IMG/VR virus record: IMGVR_UViG_3300036770_004917
Coordinates: 1-64,000 of that record
From: a virus
Strand: one strand, 5' to 3'
Length of the DNA stretch: 64,000 nucleotides
Numbering within the stretch: the first letter of the stretch is position 1; each line of letters begins with the position of its first letter. The notes beneath the pieces were generated by a model. That model was not told where the DNA came from and ran no database searches. It saw nothing but the letters and a program-made list of their open reading frames with translations. Shown piece by piece: positions 30,401 to 39,700 of the stretch. The position numbers and the translations under genes were made by a program.

Positions 30401-30736
30401 TTTGACTTCTTCCTCACCCAAACTCGTGATTATCTTTGCGCCAACGAGCAAATCATCACCTATCGGCTGTGTTTTTTTGAGAAATATTCTGTTCCACTTG
30501 TCTCGTTCTTCTGGGGATGAGCCAGGAGACCATAGAAACTTATGAAATTTAGAAAACTTAAGTTCTTGTATTGTCGGCGTTGTAGTAATGAAATGGAAAA
30601 ACTTAACAAAATCAATTTGTCCATCCGGGGAAACGACGGCGCCATCAAGCATCTGCTCACCATATGGCCGCAGAAGGTAATAGACCTTATTCCCTTCGTA
30701 TGCCCCAACGAGAATGGCTTTTGTTTTTACAGCCAT
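27482..30736 (-). CDS. Tagged zincin-like metallopeptidase protein (1084 aa)
   Basis: AAGGAG SD; FKALG..DGDGDGFVDDGLPTMRPFIP tag followed by SLRS; HESAH with a distant EFVAES. Confidence 0.8.
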   Translation of the reverse strand: MAVKTKAILVGAYEGNKVYYLLRPYGEQMLDGAVVSPDGQIDFVKFFHFITTTPTIQELKFSKFHKFLWSPGSSPEERDKWNRIFLKKTQPIGDDLLVGAKIITSLGEEEVKRKDYRIRADEFRRKIASTGSLPMEKTVLSRKSVFNMRGIVGFKALGPLLSGKPSVDGDGDGFVDDGLPTMRPFIPGFDFLPDSSTNTSLRSITTRRADKAADRSATREEMLSAIDDVAGIVSRRHNDGKKIKTRKDAMDILKRLIPSFGLSPNDKARSSIEFLDSKADSDSLKPWELAYINQFLLMFGDDASRNEVTWRLRSMDPRIAAQGAGGYTSVPLGAKDWEFSQKFSDEGPRLLPKKNRKPLMTIGYSAETDKQNSRIYLLGLLMKQDKRNFTALSYAISKALRDDLNEMPDKSKIMNALQYKYGLDIEPGIASMSEIINQLLQGNNLIGAESQVPSSALGQDLLQTIWNVVNNSADAIAQVDSSFDKDLLVSRTLRAIQQGSIADILKSLRKTREAYQNSLNSPGLKMHLANGEELLDKWLTVNSKLVGVHESAHGLHFLRILESNRKKAQKLRDEYLQRYIDRQKEAGLTPETFKELQKQLPIEAFYTDVFKDEIREYAQNSPELLRRDILMLTTGGTAGRLIPDFQKLNGTSESLVGLTSTITSAIEIIKMQPPGVGRYDAARAMGAIGPFSVAGFMAKNPDSIGKSNFDDLVKQAKAEMVEQFIQQMESWLGQPIFMGDKPVALNGYMADLLNKMQASIPEVSGILGLDSILEFKAGDSITPAIASLLINPAIQKREQSARRNIMRGIRMFESDGSDSLTLGKVSPAIVLSTLGFPDIKGDDGNVMGGGRPEDVKPLIDALIGVSSLVRETEKQLQMGVQNIEQAMSSRSEPDAVDLPSSFGDISLSEFMEMPIDDVLEKLFTGIDDSLSAVANAINSGTMSSRLWENFEIMPKTGRTELSPLNQSEIKIINDIARKIGLPAGVQSSAGGTGLSSLPAQGYSSYQATLTDPTTWLGSTKWSIGEFVAESAVADFMGIPFSQIADSGLITRELTNEELQVLNKLMQWVFSGRLPSDRMSEAFNP

Positions 30737-33700
30737 GGCGTCTCCTTGTGCGCGGTCATTGGTGGTGATAGTAGGTCGGCAAAGATGAGTCCATCCTCTG
30801 TGTAAGCAGACTTGGCGCCACGACCGGTTGACGGCTTTCCGAATAGGCGCTTAGCAAGTTTCCGGAGAAATGCAGCCTGCGACTTACTGATGTAGCCTTC
30901 ACTGAGGGCATAATCAATGACCCATCCAGAGGAATCATTCCGTAATGTTTTGCGTAGTTGAGATAATACACCAGCAGTTCCATTTTTCTTGAATGCACCA
31001 CTCAGGTCTCTAGTTAGTTGTTCACCATCAATCTGCTTGCCGATTCCTCGTGCTATGTCGGACGTAAAGCGCGTCCCCGTGCGTTGCGTTTGACGACTAC
31101 TTCGGGTGCTTGTCAATTCTCGTGTGTCCGGACGGGCGATTCGCTTTGCGGCTGCAATGTTTGCGTTGCGGCCACGGCGTCTTTCATCTGACATCGCAAC
31201 AAGTCGGTCAATGGTTTCTGAGAAAGTCTGTTCTTCAATTCTGGAAACACTGTCAAGCATCTCCCTAATGGAGGCACGTTTTTCATCAGACATATCCGAC
31301 CACGCCCGTGGCGTCGGCATATCGAACGTGAGGAGTGCGTCGAGTGCTTCTTCTGAGCCAAGTTCGTTGATTATCTGGGAACGAATTTCGTCCTGCTGCC
31401 TTCTTACGCTGGCAACAGCATCTGATGCAATTTGTTCCATTTCTTTCTGCTGGGCCTTTGTTGCACCACGCAGGATTCCTTCTGCTAGTGCCCGATTTCC
31501 ATCATCTTCGATTTCCCCATCTGGTCCGGCAGATGGGCGTGGGTCAATCCCTAGTTCGGCCATGGCCGGATAGTCATCAGAAAATGCCCTTGGTTCTCGC
31601 GATGAGCGTGTTGAGGCAACCTCACTACGTGCAACGCCGAAAATGTCCTGTGTAGTACGTGGGCGTTCGCGAGTAATGAATCCACTGGTCCTGCGTCCAC
31701 CCCTAGTACGCGCATAGGCGCCATCTGGAATATAGGCACCACTATCTCGGACCTCTTGATAGTTGGCGTCCAGGTCATCGTCAGTTTTCCTAACGAAGTC
31801 GTCAAATTCATCCTTGGACATGTCTGGAACAGAGTCATCTTTGACATAATCGTCTTCCAGTCCCAACTTGGCTTCCTTGATGCCAACCTGATTCTGGTAC
31901 GACTTGGCAAGATTTAGGGCATCAAAAATACCAACATCTATCTCCTGGGTATTGATGGTTAGTTTTTCGCCCTCTGGTAAATCCTGGTTAAACATGTGAA
32001 CTGCCGCCCATCGGTGGTGGCCATCAACAACATATCCATCGTTGGAGGTGATGATTGCTCCCTTGGCCCACCATGCTTCGGCAAACTTGGGCTTACCCTT
32101 ATCCATCACTTGATTGCCGTTTTCGTCAAGGACCGGAACCTGCCCGTCGTATTTGCCGTCGAGCCATTCTTGCCGCAGTTTGAAGAATTCCTTACTACCG
32201 CGCTTGATGCCCTTGCTTTCGGACCACTTCAGGAAGGCGGAATAGGATTCATCAATGCCATTGAGCATTCCGCTGACTTTTTCTGCCTGAATTTCAGACT
32301 GCGATGCGGTGTAATCGTCAGGGCTCACACCATTCTTGGTGGTGACAATATCCTCGCGTCCGGCCTTGCGCCTTAGATGGTCCATGAAGTTTGGAACAAA
32401 ATCAACTTCAGTATCTTTCCAATTTACAAGGTCGTAGAATTCTTTGCGCTCATCTTCGGTCAGGGGGCCCTGGCCTTCCGGGTATTCTCCCTTTGGATTC
32501 GGATGACGCTTCTTTAGTTCGTCAAATCTCTCACGCTGTTCTGGCGTCAGGTCCTCACGCGCCTCCCACGAAGTCTTTACGAGGCCTGCTTTAGCGGCTC
32601 GTGCCCCAACAGTATCGTCACCTTTCAGGCGACCACTGATTTGTGGCATTCTCATGCGCTTGGTGCCAATGTTCTTACCGCAGAAGATATTGCTATTTGG
32701 AACGTACATTCTGCATGCATCAATTTTGTACATTGCTTTTTCTTCTTCAGATAGGTCATTGCGCAATTTCAAATATGAATCAATTTCTTTTTGGAAGTTT
32801 TTTATTCCCTTTTTGAGTTGTTTCGCTTTTGCATTATCACCAAGTTCAACGTTGTATCCCAGCGCCATAAGTGCAACCGCTGACTCTGGTGTCTCCGCTT
32901 TATATACTGGCTGTCCATCCGTAATGCCAGTTTTCCCCTCAACCCTAGATAGGCCAAGAGTTTTGAGTTCATCTTCACCCATTTCGTGAAGTGCTCCGCG
33001 CTTATTCTGTTCAATGCGCTGAATCTCATCAAATCGCTTTTGCGCTGCAGTCGTTGGGACCGCCTCTGCTTGTGGCGATGTCCCTGCTTTTTCTGTCACT
33101 CTAGCCTTTGTGGCCTCGCGCCTGTTTTCGCCGACAGCCTCACGTGCGGTGCGGGAACTTCGCGTCGACCGTGGGGTGGCCCCTCTGTCCTGACCACTTA
33201 TCTTTTGGACATAACCGAAACCTTCCTTTTGTTCGTATAGGTCCTTATATATGTCCCTTGACATGCGTTGCGCCAACGGTATTCCATCTGCGTCTTCTTC
33301 AAAAAGTGCATCAATATGCGATTTCTTTGCGTCCATGTCCATGGAACCAGCACCATCAACGCGCTCAAACATTCGTTCTTTGCCAAGTACGGCAGCCTTA
33401 ATCCCCCAATGCTCCTGATAGGCCTTGCCGATTGCAAGTGCGTCTTGGATTGGGGCATCAATGACCACTGATTTGAGTTTAAGTTTGGCCCGTTCATCCT
33501 GCCCGTGGTTGTAGGCAATAAACGATGCCCATCTGTGGTGGCCGTCAACGACATATCCATCGGATGTTGAGATTATGGAGCCATTCGTAAACCAGGGCTG
33601 GGAGATAATCCCCTGCGTACCGCCCTCTCCGATTGGGTCTCCATCACTATTGAGTTTACGACCCTCCCCATCAATTAGGGGCACCGCAAATGCACTTCCA

Positions 33701-36700
33701 TCGGGCTTTGGTTTTCCGTACAACCACCTATCGCGCATGTCGTAATATTCATCGCTACCATATTCAATTTCTGGGTGAATATCTGCCATGTATGCCTTGA
33801 AGGAATGGTCATGGTTTTTCATACTTGTAACCATTCCGCCAGTCTTGGACATTTGAATTTGCCCTTGCGAAACAGCGAGACTCTCTGGGTCTATCCCATC
33901 CTGGTCGTAGATTACTTCATCTGGATTTTTGTCAGGGTTTACCTTGGCGGACAGTCTCTTGACATACTGCTTGAACTCTTCGGTGAGGTTTGCCTCAGTA
34001 TCGTTCCAGTCGACCATGGAATAAAACTCTTCCATCTCGCCATCTTCGAACGTGCTAGGACTTACGGTGCCATCTTTATTTAACTTGGCATGTTTTGCCT
34101 TTAGTTCATCAAACCGAGTTTTTTCTTCTGGAGTCAACTTGGTTAGATTGCCATCGGCATCGCGTCTTCCGGCTTTCCAATCAACCTTAACAACGCCAGC
34201 CTTTGCAGCACGTGCCGCTGCCGTATCTTCGCTTCGCATGCGCCCAGCAATTTGGGGCATATCTGCGCGCAAGGTGCCAAGTCCGCCTTCGCACCAAAGA
34301 TTTGTTCCACCTGCATATAGTCGGCATGTATCAATAACGGCGGTCAGGTCCCTGTTTTCCGACTTGAGGAATTCGTCTAATTCTTTTTGAAGTTTTGCCG
34401 ATGCTTGCACCAGTAGTGTGGGGGATGGGGCATCGGGGCCGAGTTCGACGTGATAACCAGCAGCAATTAGGGCAGCGGCAGTCTCAAGGTCATTGGCAAC
34501 GAACACTTCCTGGCCATCAATGAGGGCCATATTGCCAGAACGCTCAACCCCAAACTTTTCAAACAATTCGTCATCATCTAGTTGATGGAGGCCACCATTG
34601 TTTTCGGGCTTACCTAATCCAGATACGTCTTTATAAATATCTGCTATTTTTCGCTTTGCGGGCGGTGTTGTTGATGTATTTCCAGACGTGCCACGAACTT
34701 CTCTTGGTGAAGATGCCGACCGAGTACTTATTGAATCGGGGTCAGACACCGAACGTGAAACACGTGACTCAATGTCACTCGCAGTAGTTGAACGTGTCGT
34801 CGTTCTTGCTGAACGAAGACCTTCACTCCTTAGTCTTGCTTTTTCCGCATCGGATAGTTCCCTTGCATGAGCATTCGCATCCGGCATTCTTTCTGATGTT
34901 CTGGCTACGCTAGCAATATGGTTGACTGCTTCCGAAATTAGAATTGGGTTACTGGAGCCGTCACTGTCGTCCTTGAATGTCTCTTCAAGCACTCTCACCA
35001 ACTCGGGCGAGAACCCTGTGTATCTTTCCGTTCCTCGTCCTGCCTCGTTGCCCTTCCATGTAACAATGAGTTCGTTGGTGGAGTCATCATAAGTAATTTT
35101 TTCAATTAGTTTGGAGCGTCGTACATCGATTTGCGTTCTTTGACCCTTGCCCACGCGACTGAGCCCTGATGCACTTGTAGTCCTGCCCTTTTCTACTTCC
35201 CTATTAATTAAATCGACCGTCTTGGGGTTGACGGGCTTGACATCAATTTGCTGACCCGACCCTGTGTCTGGCGTGTCGGTTGTGCTTACTGTTGGGAAAA
35301 CATCCGAATCTGAACTCAATGTTGTTAATCGGCCATTGGTGTAGTAGTCGTTGCGGCGCTTGAGTGATTCGGGAGTATAGATAGACTTCCCACTTACGTC
35401 TCGTGGATTTGGCTCATTTCGTGCTGAGAATCTCCTGGTACTCGCGCCATGCGCGTCGTATCTGAGGCGCTGAAATAGTTTTTCCTCGGGCGATGAATTT
35501 TGGTCAATGTGGGACAGATTTGTGAATGAATCAATATCACTAATATCAAATCCATCAGGATTACCGAAAATTAGTGGTGGTTCACCACCACGAGACTTAT
35601 GGTCTGCTTGTGCTTTTCTTGCCGCAAGAACAAGACGCATTCTATTGAATGGGGCAATAAGGTGTTGTGCCTCTTTGGGCACCTTGTCCATATCTCCGGT
35701 CAAAAGTGCGTCCAGAATTTCATCAAGGTCATTGTCAATAAAACTTTGTCGCAATACATTCTTTAATCTATCGCGTCCACCTATTTCATCAGCGTCTATT
35801 TTGTAATTATTTAACTCAAGTGAGTCAACCTTAATTGCCTCAATGTCACTGGTACGAATTCCTCCACCAATTACCGCTTCGGCAGACGGTCCAGATGAAG
35901 TACTGCGTGATGAGCGAGTAGACGTTGATGGGGTGCCAAATGCCGCGTAGGTGCCACTGGCGACACTGTCGAGAATTCCTATTGTCTCACGCATGTTGTC
36001 AATTTCTGAATTACCAGAATCCGGCCCAGAAACATGAGCAGCAAGAACTTCAGACCTATTGGTTGAGAGCATTGGTGTTGCTTGGCGAGCCCCATCCATG
36101 ATGTCGCCCTTGGTGTAGGCGGTTCGTCGTGCAGTTTCTGGCACCATTATTAGTTCAACTGTCTTACCGCCAGATTTGAATTCCGCGTGCTGACTAAATT
36201 CTGGTCCCTCGGAGAAAAATCTTGCACTGCGCGCCATGCCGTCAGGTGGCAAACTGTCTAGATAGTCTTGAATTTCTTTTTGGCTCATCGCATGTACGAG
36301 GTAACCAAATTGTGAGCGTAGATTATCTGGCGTTGAGTCCGACAAGCCGTTATCGCTTTCAAAGGATTTTTGCAGCGAAGCAGCGAGACTTCCAGGCTTA
36401 TTGTCAAAAATATTCCCAAGAACACCATCACTCAATAAGCCACCAAGTTGTTCTGGGGTTATGGCGACTCGTGGGCGGTCATCAAATGCCTCGTGGTATT
36501 TGAAAACGGCTTCTTCTACTGTCTTTGTCAGTTCGTCGGCAGTTGATGAGAATATGAGTTGTTTTGTTTGGTCGGAAATTTCATTGAATAGATTCCAGAA
36601 GTCTTCATTTTCCACACCGCCATCACGAACTTTCTCAAGTTCATCCCGCAACTTTGAAATTTCTGCCGCTTTTGCTGCGCGCGTCTTGTCGGCCGTGACC

Positions 36701-39700
36701 ATTCTTCCAATTCGACCACTGTTATCGACTGGCTGAAGGAGTGAGCCAGCGTCAGTATTTGTTGACTCGGTGCCAAAGAATGAACTTCCCGATTCCCGGA
36801 ATGCGGCGCCAACCGACGAAGAGCGGGTCGTCTGGAGTAATCTTGCTGACGCGTCGCCACTTGCTCCGCGGGTTGTGCGCTGCGGGATTTCGGTTTTGCC
36901 TATCTCGGTATCCAGTAAGCGCTTTAGGGCACGCTTTTCGGAATCCGCCAAAGAACCGCGCTCTGCTTCCACTGAATCAATTGAATCAGCAAGGTCGCCA
37001 AGAACTTCAGACTTTGTCTTTTGGCGACTTGGCATCAAAACAACAGTTCCATCAGTATCAACCTTCATGACCTCAAGGGTTCCTGGTGGAATGAGGATTC
37101 CGTCAGTGTCTCCATCATGGCCATTTTTGGTATGCATTGCACGCGTTCCCGCAGGCATCGTAACCATAACTCGCTTAGCAGTTGTTGGGTCTGCAAACTT
37201 GAGACCATCAGCAGACTGTCCGTCTATCAGTAGACCGCGAATTGGTCCACTGTGGTCAATTTTTGCACCAGGGGTTAAGTCTCCATCAAGTTCCATTGCG
37301 GCAACAAATGACATATCAGTATCTGTTGTTGAGAGTTCCAGTATGTCCAGAGTTGGTATGACCGTATCGCGAAGTTGATTTTCTAACAGTTCGTCCTGGC
37401 TCTTTGGGTCTGGTGTGCTCATTGTCCCAGCACCATCGCGCAAACGCTGGCGCGCCCTTGCTGATGTATCTATGGCGCTACGGAGGCTCTCAGTATCGCC
37501 GCTTACCGCATCACTTACAGTTAGCCACGCAGGCCTCATTTCCACTGGCTCATCAGACTCAATGACGTCTTTTTGCTCAGCGTTTAGTTTTTCTATTATT
37601 TCATCAATCTTGCGGCGACCAACAAGCGCAGGGTCGGACCTAAGTGTTGCGCTTTCAATTTCTTCTTGTGTTGGCTTGTAGTTGGGATTGAGTTTCCGCT
37701 TTTCCTTCGATGTCATGCCAGGAGTGTCACGAATACTTCCTGGCTCATAGGGGCGTGAGGTGGCATCAAATCCATCCCTACCACCTACGGCATCCCCCGC
37801 ATGGTTGGCTATTTCTCGTGACCAGTGGGCCAACTCGTCGTCATCAACTTCAACTATGTCGTCATAGCCGCGCGACTTCCTCTTATTGATGGCACTATTG
37901 CGAAGTCCCTTTTGCTTTGGCCGCAATGCTGAATCAACGCGACGCATATATTTTCCAGGTTGTGGATTAATGCCGCGTGCTTTGTACTTCTCAACCTCCT
38001 CGTCGCTAAGTTTGGACTTCCTAGTGTTCACGTCAAGAATCTGACGCATGCCCTTAATAGCGAGCCACATGCGGGCCTGCTCATCCGCCGTTAGCGGTTC
38101 AGTTTTGGATTTTTCAATAAGTTTCCTGTATTCGCTTTCAAGTTTTTCGTAACGAGCATCCATTTGCTCTGGAGTCATTTTCCAGTAGGCGTCTTTGGCT
38201 TGCCTTATTTCACCAAGTGGGTCATTGGGGTCTGGCCCACCCTCTTCTGGGCCTAGGCCAAATGCAACATCTACGAAACGACTGATTTCATCGGGGTTTT
38301 GTTCAATGGGGAGGTTATGAATACTCTCTGGTTGCCACTGAGTTTCATCATCAAAGTACATATGGCCCGCAAGGTCCATCCAGCGAAGGTCAACCTGTCT
38401 TGGTTTTGCCGCGCCTGCTTCTGGCGCCTCGCCACCCTGTACTCCATCTCCATAGTTGTTATTAATAACAATATTTATTGGAGCATGAATGTTTACATTT
38501 ATAACCGTTCCACCATTTCCTGGCGGAGCGGTTGGTGGCCCGGTATTTGTTGGTACGTCCGGCACTGGCGGTGAGTCTGGCGTAGGGGGAACTAAATCAA
38601 CTTCTGGAGGAACATCATATGGGATATCTCTGACTTTTTTGGTATTGATATTTTCGGGCAAAAACCACGCAATAGAATCATCAACCTCGGGTCCGCCCAG
38701 GATTCCAAGTTCACGCTGAGCAAAAACTTCAGCCGTTCCTTCAACCAACGCCCGTTGCAATGCCTGGCTAACATCCCCGCCTTCCCGGGCTGCTTTCTCC
38801 GCATCAGCCAGTTCACTCTGATATCGTTTTCCGGCGAAAATGTTAACTAATGATTTCTCAAATCGATGCGCTCCACCTGGTGGGAATTGATACCTATTAT
38901 CTCCCCTAAACATTAGACTAGAAACAGCCTCGGCCCACTGCTTATTTGTCCAGGTTGATGGTGGTTCAATAAAATCAACCAATCCATTTGGCGTATCTAT
39001 AGTAAACTTTCCGTTTTTTTCGTATATGTCAATGATATTTTGCTGCACGGCATGGTATTGCATAACATGACCAAACTCGTGAAAAGCAACATGTCGTGCT
39101 TTTCCGCGCACTGGGTCAAGCCCAAGTGCTGCTTGTAGGCGTGCTGCACTGGTGTCATTTGCGTATCCATCAGCGCCAACGATTTCGGCATATAGCATTG
39201 CGTCGCTAATATCCTCTAAAGCACTTAGTAATAGTGCTCGTTTTTGTGCTTCACTGGCAGCGCCTGGAGCATCTATAAATATTGAACCATCATCAGTAAT
39301 TTTGAACGTGTCTTCATCTACCGCTGCCGCATGCAATGCCATTCCAAGAGCATTAAATGACATCGGTACTTTGATATCGCCATACTCATCATATTGCGCC
39401 ACAGTTGAGCCCTCGACTCCAAGGAATTCCTCGTTTGGCGTAAGGTCGTATGGCATCAAGGCGCGAAGTTCGCCAACTCTTTCTGTTGCATCTGGATATT
39501 TGTCTTGCAGGTAGACGTACGATTTGAGAAATTCACGCTGTGCGGCGTGATGTCTTTCGCGAATTGCCTGAACATACTTTTGGGCTACTTCACGCTCTTT
39601 TGGGTCACTGCTTGTCAGGAATGGCTTTACTTCATCCGGGATAAATTTAGCGATGGCCCTATCCATCATTTCGTTATAGCGCTTAGTATTTGCTGCTATT

